The notes beneath the pieces are model-generated. The model saw nothing but the letters and a program-made list of their open reading frames with translations, did no database searches and had not been told where the DNA came from. The position numbers were made by a program, and so were the translations under genes. From contig DATGSX010000159.1 of the NCBI GenBank assembly GCA_035302145.1, positions 8,478 through 72,477 on the forward strand: a stretch of DNA of 64,000 bases, read 5' to 3'. Shown one piece after another: positions 7,899-17,313 of the stretch (its first letter is position 1; every line of letters starts with the position of its first letter). Source of the DNA: Flavobacteriaceae bacterium (GTDB taxonomy: Bacteria; Bacteroidota; Bacteroidia; Flavobacteriales; Flavobacteriaceae).

Positions 7899-9050
7899 TT
7901 AATACGAGACGTATTCTGTGATTTCTAAACCATATCCAGTCATACCAACTCGTTTTGTTTGTTGGCTGTTGGATAATAATCTCATTTTTGAAATTCCTAA
8001 GTCATGTAGGATTTGTGCACCGATTCCAAAGTCCTTACTATCTCTAACGACCGTAGGTACTGGTGTTACTTCACCTACTTTTTGAGCTTTTCTTAATGCT
8101 TCCAACCTTGGTAGCAAATTATAGGATTGACTTTGTTGGTTTATAAATACAATAACACCCTTACCTTCTTTGTCTATTACTTTAAACATCCTATCTAGGG
8201 TTTTGTCATCGTCTTTGGTAAGTGTACCTAGGATATCTGTATTAACTAACGTTGAGTTTACACGTACTAAAACCTCTTCATCTTCTTCCCAATCACCCTT
8301 GGATAAGGCTATATGCACTTGTTTATTGGTAGTTTGTTGAAAAGCGGTTAGTCTATATCGGCCAAATTTTGTTTCTATTTCGAAGTCTTCTTTTTTCTGG
8401 ATTAACGAATCGTGTTTCATGCGATACGCTATTAAGTCTTCGATAGAGATCAATTTTAAATCGAAGCGTTTTGCCACTTTTTGTAATTGTGGTAAGCGAG
8501 CCATTGTACCATCTTCGTTTAAAATTTCAACTAAAATTCCTGCCGGTTTTAATCCAGCTAGTCTAGCTAAGTCTATTGTAGCTTCGGTATGGCCTGTACG
8601 TCGTAATACTCCACCTTCTTTAGCTCGAAGCGGAAAGATATGTCCAGGTCTGCCTAAGTCTTGTGGTTTGGTAGTATCATCTACTAATGCCTTAATTGTT
8701 TTTGCTCTGTCATGAACAGATATTCCTGTAGTACAACCATGACCCAATAAATCGACCGAAACGGTAAATTGTGTGTGGTGCAACACCGTATTGTTGTCTA
8801 CCATCATCTCTAGGTCTAGCTCTTTACATCGTTGTTCGGTGAGTGGTGCACAAATTAACCCACGACCATGCGTAGCCATAAAGTTGATCATCTCGGGTGT
8901 TACCATTTCAGCAGCAGCGATAAAATCTCCTTCGTTTTCTCGATCTTCATCGTCTACTACAATTACGACCTTACCTTTACGTATATCGGCAATTGCGTCT
9001 TCTATGCTATCTAACTTAATATTGCTTTTTTTCTTATTAGAGATTGTCAT
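7899..9050 (-). CDS. ribBA: Bifunctional 3,4-dihydroxy-2-butanone-4-phosphate synthase / GTP cyclohydrolase II
   Basis: RibB motifs (DDEDRENEGDF, GHTEA) followed by a RibA-like C-terminal half. I chose the start at MTISNKK, which forms an ATGA start/stop overlap with the upstream lptF/G-like gene. The ORF track gives a longer start at 9080. Confidence 0.9.
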   Translation of the reverse strand: MTISNKKKSNIKLDSIEDAIADIRKGKVVIVVDDEDRENEGDFIAAAEMVTPEMINFMATHGRGLICAPLTEQRCKELDLEMMVDNNTVLHHTQFTVSVDLLGHGCTTGISVHDRAKTIKALVDDTTKPQDLGRPGHIFPLRAKEGGVLRRTGHTEATIDLARLAGLKPAGILVEILNEDGTMARLPQLQKVAKRFDLKLISIEDLIAYRMKHDSLIQKKEDFEIETKFGRYRLTAFQQTTNKQVHIALSKGDWEEDEEVLVRVNSTLVNTDILGTLTKDDDKTLDRMFKVIDKEGKGVIVFINQQSQSYNLLPRLEALRKAQKVGEVTPVPTVVRDSKDFGIGAQILHDLGISKMRLLSNSQQTKRVGMTGYGLEITEYVSY

Positions 9051-10513
9051 TTTTTCTTCTTTATTAGTTTTGCCAACCATTTAAACGGTTTGGCTAATGA
9101 TTGTATAAAAGAATCTACATCGAATATTCCTTGGTCGCTAGTTGCCCTTATGGTTAGCCAAATACCTAATGGCAGTAAAATAACCGTACTTAACCAACTG
9201 GCAACAAATGGATGTAGGGTGCCATCTGAAGCACTGTTTTTAGCGAAGATACCAATAAAATGGTAAGTTAAAAACAAGCTTACTGCTACTACCATTGGAA
9301 GTCCCATTCCTCCTTTACGGATAATGGCTCCGAGAGGTGCACCTACAAAAAACAAAATAACACAAGCGACTGCCAAAACATATTTTTCATGCAAGGCAAT
9401 TTCATGTTTGTTGAGTACGGTTGTTTTTTTAGCAAAGTCTCTTTTCTTTGCATTAATAGCTTGTTGTGTTCCTTTTATGTTGCTTATGGCTAATGTAAAA
9501 ACTTCTTCTTGTTCTTTGGGTGTAAATCTATCGAGTAATTCTTGTTGGCTAGTTAAGATAACCTCTGGTTTGGATTTATCTGTTTCTGTCCGCCTTGGAT
9601 AAAGTTGCGTAATTCCTGTACGGAAATAAGTTTCTTCGCCAAAATTCTTAATATCGTACGAAAAGCGATTAGCTAATGAATCTATTTCTTGACGCAACTC
9701 TGAACTTGTAAACATATTTTGATCGTTGAAATCATTTTCCTGATCAAGGTCTACGTCATTTAGTCTAGAGATGTCGATGTTTAATGTATATTCTTCGAAA
9801 AAACTTTTTACGAATGGCATATTATTTTGCTTCGCAGAACTACGAGGTTGAATATCATCGTAATAGTTGCCATTCATCAGTACTAAAGATAATGTGTTGG
9901 ATCCTAATTGACTTACGAGCTCCCCTTTTTCAGCAACGATTACTGTGGTGTTTTTATTAGGATTCATAGGGGTTTTCTTATGTATGATTACATCATCTAA
10001 AAATTGCCCGTTTTCACCGGATTTCTTTTCTACCTTTATATTAAAATCATCACCTATAGGACTAAATTGTCCTTCAGTAATAGCCATTGCCGGACTGACT
10101 TGACTGATATTTCGCCTTAAGTTTTTCCACTTATATTCGGTGTAGGGAATAACATTATTAGCGAAAATATAAGCCACAGCTCCTAGTATTATAATAAAAT
10201 ACATTAAACTACTCATGGCTCGTTGCAGTGAAATACCTGTGGATTTCATTGCAGCAAACTCATAGTTTTCGGCAAGGCTACCAAATACCATGAGCGACGA
10301 CACCAGAATAGTGAGAGGTAAAACTAGCGGCATGAGTCTAGGCGATACAAACCATAGGAATTTTAAAATCACTCCAGTGTCCAAGTCTTTCCCCGCTAAC
10401 TCAGCTATATATAGCCAGATAGTTTGTAGGACAAAAATGAACATCAGAATAATAAAAACACTAAAAAATGTTTTTAAATAGGCTAGTAAAATGTATCGGT
10501 CTAGAATCTTCAC
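9047..10513 (-). CDS. LptF/LptG family LPS export permease
   Basis: 488 aa. MKILDRYILLAYLKTFF N-terminus and multi-TM YjgP/YjgQ architecture. Confidence 0.85.
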   Translation of the reverse strand: MKILDRYILLAYLKTFFSVFIILMFIFVLQTIWLYIAELAGKDLDTGVILKFLWFVSPRLMPLVLPLTILVSSLMVFGSLAENYEFAAMKSTGISLQRAMSSLMYFIIILGAVAYIFANNVIPYTEYKWKNLRRNISQVSPAMAITEGQFSPIGDDFNIKVEKKSGENGQFLDDVIIHKKTPMNPNKNTTVIVAEKGELVSQLGSNTLSLVLMNGNYYDDIQPRSSAKQNNMPFVKSFFEEYTLNIDISRLNDVDLDQENDFNDQNMFTSSELRQEIDSLANRFSYDIKNFGEETYFRTGITQLYPRRTETDKSKPEVILTSQQELLDRFTPKEQEEVFTLAISNIKGTQQAINAKKRDFAKKTTVLNKHEIALHEKYVLAVACVILFFVGAPLGAIIRKGGMGLPMVVAVSLFLTYHFIGIFAKNSASDGTLHPFVASWLSTVILLPLGIWLTIRATSDQGIFDVDSFIQSLAKPFKWLAKLIKKKK

Positions 10514-10530
10514 AATAGCTCCTTAACGGA

Positions 10531-11175
10531 TTAATCTAATGCGTTTATATAATACCCATTTTGTTCGTATTTTTTATTGTCGAACTGAAATAGGCTCTCT
10601 GAAATTGGTTGGTTGCTTTTAAAGGACTGTACAGTAACTGTATATTTAGTATCGTTATTGTCTATCTGAATAAGCTTGTAAATATTTTTTGTATGTACAT
10701 CAATACCTAACAAAATTCTTTTTATATCGGTGTTTTTGTTGATAGGTTTCAACGCTACGTATTGAATTTCTCTTCCTTTTACATTCTGTTTAATATCCAT
10801 TTCAGCCTCATATCCATCCTCATAGAATGTTAACATTCTTGAAGGTGTGATTTCTGATTCCATATCTGGATCAAAATTAGAGATGGTTACCTCTTCATCT
10901 TCTGGTACAATTGTATAGATTTTTTTTCCATCAAAAATCCTTTCTATTCCTAACATCTCTAGCAAGTACTTATCGCCCGAAAGGCTTACTTTGCCACGAG
11001 TTTCTTGGCTTACTCTTTCTTTTGTGTTATTTAGGTTGTATTTAAATTCTATTTGGATATTATCGTAGCTTTTAACCTTTTGTGACACTTCTTGTAGAAG
11101 TTGTGTAGCGCTGTTTTGTGCGCTTGTTACTGTGGCAAAAATAAAGCTAAATAATACAAAGCTTAGGATTCTCAT
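10531..11175 (-). CDS. LolA-like outer-membrane lipoprotein carrier protein
   Basis: Start moved to the internal Met (MRILSFVLFSFIFATVTSAQN signal peptide) to avoid overlapping ftsK. The ftsK-lolA gene order is conserved. Confidence 0.75.
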   Translation of the reverse strand: MRILSFVLFSFIFATVTSAQNSATQLLQEVSQKVKSYDNIQIEFKYNLNNTKERVSQETRGKVSLSGDKYLLEMLGIERIFDGKKIYTIVPEDEEVTISNFDPDMESEITPSRMLTFYEDGYEAEMDIKQNVKGREIQYVALKPINKNTDIKRILLGIDVHTKNIYKLIQIDNNDTKYTVTVQSFKSNQPISESLFQFDNKKYEQNGYYINALD

Positions 11176-11185
11176 AATTATTAGA

Positions 11186-13588
11186 TTATTGTTTTTCTTC
11201 TTTAAGTTTTTGATGTAATGCCTCGACAGTTGGAACCAATACGTCTCTTGCTTTACTTCCTTCAAACTGGCCTACAATGCCTGCAGCTTCTAGTTGGTCT
11301 ATAATTCTTCCTGCTCGATTGTAACCAATTCGTAGTTTGCGTTGTAAGAGTGAAGCCGATCCTTGTTGCGCAAGTACCAATACCTCGGCTGCTTGCTCAA
11401 ACAAACTGTCTCTATCATCTATGTAATCATCAAGAGCTGTGCCACTTTCCTCTCCTTCGTATTCAGGAAGTAATAAAGCTTCTGGATAGGCTTTTTGAGA
11501 TCCGATAAAATCGGTTATTCTTTCTACTTCTGGTGTGTCTACAAAAGCACACTGTAATCGGGTTATCTCATTACCCTGAGTAAATAGCATGTCTCCACGA
11601 CCTATAAGTTGATCGGCTCCCGAACCATCTAAAATCGTACGTGAGTCAATTTTACTTGTTACACGAAAAGCTAATCGTGCAGGGAAGTTGGCTTTAATTA
11701 TTCCCGTAATTACGTTTACCGAAGGTCTTTGTGTGGCTACAATAAGGTGAATTCCTACTGCTCTAGCTAACTGTGCCAATCGAGCTATTGGGGTTTCTAT
11801 CTCTTTTCCAGCCGTCATGATGAGATCTGCAAATTCATCGATTACTAAAACAATATAAGGCAAGAACCTATGACCATTTTCTGGATTTAGTTGGCGAGAC
11901 TTAAACTTTTGATTGTACTCCTTTATATTTCGAACCATCGCATCTTTTAGTAAGTCGTATCGCTGGTCCATTTCTATCCCAAGGGAATTTAAAGTATGTA
12001 TAACCTTGGTGGTATCTGTAATAATAGCTTCTTCTGTATCGGGAAGTTTTGCAAGATAGTGCCGTTCTATTTTATTGAACAGAGTAAGCTCTACTTTCTT
12101 TGGGTCAATAAGCACAAATTTCACTTCTGCTGGATGCTTTTTATAGAGTAGGGAAGTAAGAATAGCATTAAGACCAACAGATTTACCCTGGCCGGTTGCA
12201 CCTGCTACAAGCATGTGTGGCATTTTTGCAAGATCTACGACAAAAGTTTCGTTGCTGATTGTTTTTCCTAAAGCTAAAGGTAAGTCCATTTCTGCCTTTT
12301 GAAATCTAGAGGAAGCGATTACCGATCGCATGGAAACAATTTTCGGGTTCTTATTAGGTACTTCTATTCCAATAGTTCCTTTACCTGGGATAGGCGCTAT
12401 AATACGAATTCCCAATGCAGCCAAAGATAAAGCTATGTCGTCTTCTAGGTTTTTAATTCTAGAAATTCGAATTCCAGCCTCCGGAACAATTTCATATAAA
12501 GTAACAGTAGGACCTACGGTTGCTTTTATGTTAGCTATGTTTATCTTGTAATTGCTTAAGGTTTGTACAATCCTATCTTTGTTTTCTTCTAATTCTTCTT
12601 GGTTAATTGTAATGGTCCTTCCTTCAGAATAATCTTTTAATAGGTCAATACTTGGAAAACGAAACTTACTAAGCTCTAGTCTCGGATCAAACTCACCATA
12701 GGTTTTTACTAGTTTTTCACTTAGGTTTTCCTCTAATTCCTCTTCCTCAGCAATTTCTTCTACTTCCATTGTAACCTTGAAATCTTCTGATTCTAAATTA
12801 TCTGGGTCGGAATCGTCATCTACTTGAGGTGTGCTGTTTTCGTCATCAACTTCTGCTATCTTTAATTCAATAGGCTCAGCTTCAACAATTTCGTGTTCCT
12901 GTTCAGTTGTAGGTTCATCCTCTAATTCTGTATGGATAGAGGATTCGGTATTTTGCACCTCACGCTCTTGTTTTTTCTTCGCTCTAGCTTCTGCATTGTT
13001 TTTTAACCTCAGCTTATAATTGTTCCAAGCTTCAGAAATGGTTTCTGGAGTAATTTTAAAATGCGTAACAAGTAAAATAATCAGTAAGAATAATAAAGCG
13101 AATACAGTCCCTAATACTCCTATGTTTTGGTTGGATAAATCGTTTATTTCATATCCTATAGTTCCGCTAAGAGTTCCATTTATAGCACCAAAGAACCCCA
13201 ATAGAATACTAAGCCAAAGCATGGTGTATAACCACCAAAACCAAGTTTTTATAAGTGGTTTTTTATCTTTTCCAAAGAAGTAATTTCGTCCTGTTTTTAT
13301 AAGCAAAATGGCAAATAGGAAAGAGGCAATGCCAATGCCCTTATAGATAAATAAATGACCAACACTGGAACCAAATTTTCTAAGCCAATTTTGAGTTTCC
13401 TTTGCATTTCCAGCAACAGCTTCTATTTCACTATGATCTGCTTTCCAAGAAAATAGGTAAGAAGTAAAAGAAAAAAGCAAGGCTATCCCTAGTAAAAACA
13501 AGAAGCTACCAAAAATAACTTGCTGCTTTTTAGACATGCGCAAAGGTTTAGTCTTTAGTTTAGTTTTATTCTTTTTTTTCTTACTCAT
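11186..13588 (-). CDS. ftsK: DNA translocase FtsK/SpoIIIE
   Basis: 800 aa. N-terminal TM helices, acidic linker, Walker A GATGQGKS and a C-terminal gamma wHTH. Confidence 0.93.
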   Translation of the reverse strand: MSKKKKNKTKLKTKPLRMSKKQQVIFGSFLFLLGIALLFSFTSYLFSWKADHSEIEAVAGNAKETQNWLRKFGSSVGHLFIYKGIGIASFLFAILLIKTGRNYFFGKDKKPLIKTWFWWLYTMLWLSILLGFFGAINGTLSGTIGYEINDLSNQNIGVLGTVFALLFLLIILLVTHFKITPETISEAWNNYKLRLKNNAEARAKKKQEREVQNTESSIHTELEDEPTTEQEHEIVEAEPIELKIAEVDDENSTPQVDDDSDPDNLESEDFKVTMEVEEIAEEEELEENLSEKLVKTYGEFDPRLELSKFRFPSIDLLKDYSEGRTITINQEELEENKDRIVQTLSNYKINIANIKATVGPTVTLYEIVPEAGIRISRIKNLEDDIALSLAALGIRIIAPIPGKGTIGIEVPNKNPKIVSMRSVIASSRFQKAEMDLPLALGKTISNETFVVDLAKMPHMLVAGATGQGKSVGLNAILTSLLYKKHPAEVKFVLIDPKKVELTLFNKIERHYLAKLPDTEEAIITDTTKVIHTLNSLGIEMDQRYDLLKDAMVRNIKEYNQKFKSRQLNPENGHRFLPYIVLVIDEFADLIMTAGKEIETPIARLAQLARAVGIHLIVATQRPSVNVITGIIKANFPARLAFRVTSKIDSRTILDGSGADQLIGRGDMLFTQGNEITRLQCAFVDTPEVERITDFIGSQKAYPEALLLPEYEGEESGTALDDYIDDRDSLFEQAAEVLVLAQQGSASLLQRKLRIGYNRAGRIIDQLEAAGIVGQFEGSKARDVLVPTVEALHQKLKEEKQ

Positions 13589-13689
13589 GAAACTATTGGC
13601 TTAAAGCGTACAAAAATACAAATATATAACTCTAATCATAAGCTTACTAATGCTATTATCATTTACGACAACCTCAGGTTTTTTAAAAG

Positions 13690-14067
13690 CTAGGATGAAA
13701 GCAAGTCATATATTTTAGGAACATAAATAAATAGGCCGATAGCAACGGCTACTAAAGCTACGAAAAATACGGCTCCAGCCGCAACATCTTTTATGAATCC
13801 TATTCGCTCATGATGTTCTGGATGGATAAAGTCACATAACTTCTCTATAGCAGTATTTACTCCTTCTGTGCCTAACACCATTCCTATTGCTAATAATTGA
13901 CACATCCACTCCGTAGTGTTAATTTTAAAATACCAACCAGCTATAATGGTAAGTAACGCAATGAAAGCTTGTGCTTGTATACTAGCTTCGGTTTTTAGCA
14001 GTAGGTAGGCACCTCGAAAAGCATATATAAATGCTCGAAGTCTGTTACTTATAAAGGTGTTTTTCAT
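13690..14067 (-). CDS. dgkA: Diacylglycerol kinase family protein
   Basis: 125 aa with three TM helices and EASIQ/GTEGVNTAIE motifs. Confidence 0.85.
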   Translation of the reverse strand: MKNTFISNRLRAFIYAFRGAYLLLKTEASIQAQAFIALLTIIAGWYFKINTTEWMCQLLAIGMVLGTEGVNTAIEKLCDFIHPEHHERIGFIKDVAAGAVFFVALVAVAIGLFIYVPKIYDLLSS

Positions 14068-14241
14068 AGAACTTGAAAGCTTTAAATCAGATATACTCTA
14101 TTATTCGATTTTTTCTGGTGTTGGCAATGTGTAAAAGTAGAAATATATTAAGAATAAACATAGCGAATAAACTGTAGCATTCAAAACAGTTAATATCAAC
14201 GAATAATGCATTATTAGAAGTATGATGATGCTTCAAATGCA

Positions 14242-14276
14242 AAACGGGGTTGTATTTAAAAAATACAACCCCGTTT
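14242..14276 (-). terminator. Intrinsic terminator of the prx-trx operon
   Basis: aaacggggttgtattt / aaatacaaccccgttt forms a roughly 16-bp stem, followed by TTTT on the minus strand. Confidence 0.75.
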
Positions 14277-14303
14277 AAATATAATTTAGTAAATGCAGTG
14301 AGT

Positions 14304-14552
14304 TTATCTATCTATAGAACCCATCACACGCTGTGCAAAAGTGTTTGCAGCATCGCGTTCTGCCATTCCTTCTTCAATCATCTTATGAACCTCCACTGCA
14401 CCACAAAGGTTGGTTATTAATTCCCCAACCACATTCATATCTTCTTCGGTACATAAACGATGTTCGGTGAAAGACTCTAACACTTCAATGGTGTTTTCGA
14501 GCTTTTCTACATCATTATTTTTCTGAAGGTGTCTAATTATTGGTAACTTCAT
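14304..14552 (-). CDS. Small conserved hypothetical protein (DUF6952-like) co-transcribed with thioredoxin
   Basis: 82 aa. Its start overlaps the trx stop by 20 nt. The family name is recalled from memory only. Confidence 0.6.
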   Translation of the reverse strand: MKLPIIRHLQKNNDVEKLENTIEVLESFTEHRLCTEEDMNVVGELITNLCGAVEVHKMIEEGMAERDAANTFAQRVMGSIDR

Positions 14553-14847
14553 CTACTAACTCTTTTAATTGATCAAACTTATTTGTTTGAACTTGGTTAA
14601 CAAATTTTCCATCCTTAAACGTGGCAAAAGTAGGCAAATTATCTACTGTCGCCAGTTTTCTTGATTCTGGAAATTTTTCAGCATTTACAAGCAAGAAGGT
14701 AGCTCCTTCTGTCTCTCGTGCTAATTTTTTGAATCTTGGTTTCATCAATCTACAATTTCCACACCATCCGGCCATATATTGCACAACAACCGTATCGCCG
14801 CTTTCAACGTACTCTTGTAAATTATCTTGTTCTAATTCTTTTGCCAT
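14533..14847 (-). CDS. Thioredoxin family protein with WCGNC active site
   Basis: 104 aa; Trx fold with YMAGWCGNCRLMKP. Confidence 0.88.
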   Translation of the reverse strand: MAKELEQDNLQEYVESGDTVVVQYMAGWCGNCRLMKPRFKKLARETEGATFLLVNAEKFPESRKLATVDNLPTFATFKDGKFVNQVQTNKFDQLKELVDEVTNN

Positions 14848-14869
14848 GATTATTGAATTTAAATATTGT

Positions 14870-15508
14870 TTAGTTTTGGCTTAAGTAAGCTGCTACTCCT
14901 TCTCTGTCGGCAGTCATTGCTTCTTTACCTTCTTCCCAGTTAGCTGGACATACTTCACCTTTTTCTTGTACGTGAGCATATGCATCAACTAGTCGTAAGT
15001 ACTCCTGAACGTTTCGTCCTAAAGGCATGTGGTTAATGCTTTCGTGGAATACAGTTCCTTCTTCGTCGATTAGGTAAGTAGCTCTATAGGTAACGCTATC
15101 ACCTTCTACAGTGAAGATACCAGTCTCCTCATCATACTTTTCATTTACAATATCTAAAATACCTAAGTGGCTGCTTAGATTTCTGTTGCTATCTGCTATA
15201 AGAGGATAAGTAACACCTTCAATTCCTCCATCGTCTTTTGCTGTGTTTAACCATGCAAAGTGTACTTCAGCAGTGTCACAAGATGCTCCAATAACCATTA
15301 CGTTACGCTTTTCGAACTCTTCTAAAGCCTCTTGAAAAGCGTGTAATTCTGTTGGACATACGAAAGTAAAATCTTTCGGGTACCAGAATAATAATACTTT
15401 TTTCTTATTCTTAACTGCCTCTTCTAAAACATTGATTTTAAAAGTTTCTCCCATTTCATTGGTTGCGTTTACGCTAATGTTTGGGAATTTCTTTCCTACA
15501 AATGCCAT
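14870..15508 (-). CDS. Typical 2-Cys peroxiredoxin (AhpC/Tsa family)
   Basis: 212 aa with peroxidatic FTFVCPTE and resolving GEVCPANW. Confidence 0.92.
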   Translation of the reverse strand: MAFVGKKFPNISVNATNEMGETFKINVLEEAVKNKKKVLLFWYPKDFTFVCPTELHAFQEALEEFEKRNVMVIGASCDTAEVHFAWLNTAKDDGGIEGVTYPLIADSNRNLSSHLGILDIVNEKYDEETGIFTVEGDSVTYRATYLIDEEGTVFHESINHMPLGRNVQEYLRLVDAYAHVQEKGEVCPANWEEGKEAMTADREGVAAYLSQN

Positions 15509-15645
15509 AAATATTTAATTTTTTAGGGTTAATTTTCTATATACAAAAGTACGAGGAATCTACCGCAAAACAAATTGTTTACAATGTATAATTTTATGGC
15601 ACTATTAGTTTTGCTTATAGACAGCTGTTTTTGTATAGCATAACG

Positions 15646-17142
15646 TTATTTATTGCTATTGGCGGGAATTAGCTGTCTTATTTTTATTCGGAAAGCAGCA
15701 AATAACAATGTCGTAAAAGGACTTAGCCAGTTAAACATAGCGTATACAAAATAGTCCAGAACATTAACTCCTAGCACACCACTATGGTAGGCACCGCAGG
15801 TGTTCCATGGAACAAGTACCGACGTAACTGTACCGCTATCTTCCAATGTGCGTGATAGGTTTTCAGGCGCTAATCCTTTGTCCTTATAGGCTTGGGCATA
15901 CATTTTACCTGGAATTACTATGGCCAAGTATTGGTCACTAGCTGTTATATTTATGGTTAAGCAACTTGCAACCGTACTGGCAAACAACCCAAAAGTTGTA
16001 TGAAATAAGTTAAGCAAAGCTTTACTAATTGCTTTAAGTGCACCTATGGCATCCATAACACCACCAAATACCATAGCACATATAATTAGCCAAATAGTAT
16101 TAAGCATTCCTTGCATTCCGCCTGTTTCAAAAAGTTCTTGCAATAAAGGATTGTCTGTAGGAATAACTGTATCTATCGTTATGGCATTCATAATACTTAT
16201 ATATGCAGCTAGTGGTGTCAAGGTTTCTGAATTGGCAAGTGTTTTCAATATTTCTGGTTGAAAAAGTAACGCTGCAAGGCCACCAAGCAGGGTCCCTAAT
16301 AGTAAGGCGATAAGTGGTGAGGTTTTTCTAATGATCAAGTAGATTACAATTCCTGGAACTACAAACAACCATGGGCTAATTACAAATGATTCTCTAATAG
16401 AGCTTTGTATGTTTCCTGGATCTACATTGCCACTGGCGTCTAAATTTAATCCAATGATTACAAATACTAATAGGGTTACTAGTATGGTAGGAATCGTTGT
16501 ATAAAGCATATAGCGGATATGGGTGAATAAATCTGTCCCCGCCATGGCAGGTGCTAAATTTGTTGTGTCGCTTAACGGCGATAATTTATCTCCAAAATAT
16601 GCCCCCGATAATATAGCACCTGCAGTCATTCCCAATGGAATGTTCAAGGCTTCGGCTATTCCAATTAATGCAATACCTACTGTAGCCGATGTAGTCCAAC
16701 TGCTTCCTGTTGCTAATGAAATAATTGAGCATATTATAAGTGTAGAGGCAAGAAAGAAAGAGGGTTTTAAAATATCTAAACCATAATATATCATAGATGG
16801 AATAATGCCACTTATTAGCCAAGTTCCTGCCAAAGCGCCTACCATGAGTAAAATAATAATAGGCGAGGTGGTAGATTTTATATTGTTGGCCACTTCCCTC
16901 ATCATACTTCTATATGAGGTGTTATTGGTGTACCCAACTATTCCCGCAACGGTGGCACCAATTAGTAAGATGAATTGATTGCTACCAGAAAGAGCATCGT
17001 CTTTAAAAGCATAAAAAACATTATAGAATAATAAAGCTATTAAGACAACGATTGGAATTAAGGCTTTGAATAAGGGTAATTCTGGTCTATCGTTACTAGA
17101 TTCTACTTCGTTTTTGTCTGCTATTTGCTCTTTATTCTTCAT
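15646..17142 (-). CDS. NhaC family Na+/H+ antiporter-type transporter
   Basis: 498 aa, polytopic, with NhaC-like sequence throughout. Confidence 0.85.
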   Translation of the reverse strand: MKNKEQIADKNEVESSNDRPELPLFKALIPIVVLIALLFYNVFYAFKDDALSGSNQFILLIGATVAGIVGYTNNTSYRSMMREVANNIKSTTSPIIILLMVGALAGTWLISGIIPSMIYYGLDILKPSFFLASTLIICSIISLATGSSWTTSATVGIALIGIAEALNIPLGMTAGAILSGAYFGDKLSPLSDTTNLAPAMAGTDLFTHIRYMLYTTIPTILVTLLVFVIIGLNLDASGNVDPGNIQSSIRESFVISPWLFVVPGIVIYLIIRKTSPLIALLLGTLLGGLAALLFQPEILKTLANSETLTPLAAYISIMNAITIDTVIPTDNPLLQELFETGGMQGMLNTIWLIICAMVFGGVMDAIGALKAISKALLNLFHTTFGLFASTVASCLTINITASDQYLAIVIPGKMYAQAYKDKGLAPENLSRTLEDSGTVTSVLVPWNTCGAYHSGVLGVNVLDYFVYAMFNWLSPFTTLLFAAFRIKIRQLIPANSNK

Positions 17143-17251
17143 TCTTTCTTTATGATATAAATAATAACACGTTTGTAATGTTACAACTTTAGACTTATAT
17201 CTGCAACCGATTTAAAAATTAAACCAGTAGTATTATAATGGAATTTAAATT

Positions 17252-17287
17252 AAAAGCAGCTGCCCTTGCTATATAGACAGCTGCTTA
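17252..17287 (-). terminator. Hairpin downstream of the PLP-enzyme gene
   Basis: aagcagctg-N15-cagctgctt, followed by tttaattt on the minus strand. Confidence 0.5.
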
Positions 17288-17313
17288 ACAGTAGACTGAT
17301 TTTATGCTATAAA

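Noticed and set aside
15616-15627. The 12-mer TATAGACAGCTG flanks nhaC on both sides (15616-15627 and 17272-17283), which suggested a mobile cassette.
   Set aside because: Exact 12-mer matches are expected many times by chance in 64 kb of AT-rich DNA. There is no extended similarity beyond the 12-mer at the 15.6-kb site, and nhaC sits in a normal operon-like context.
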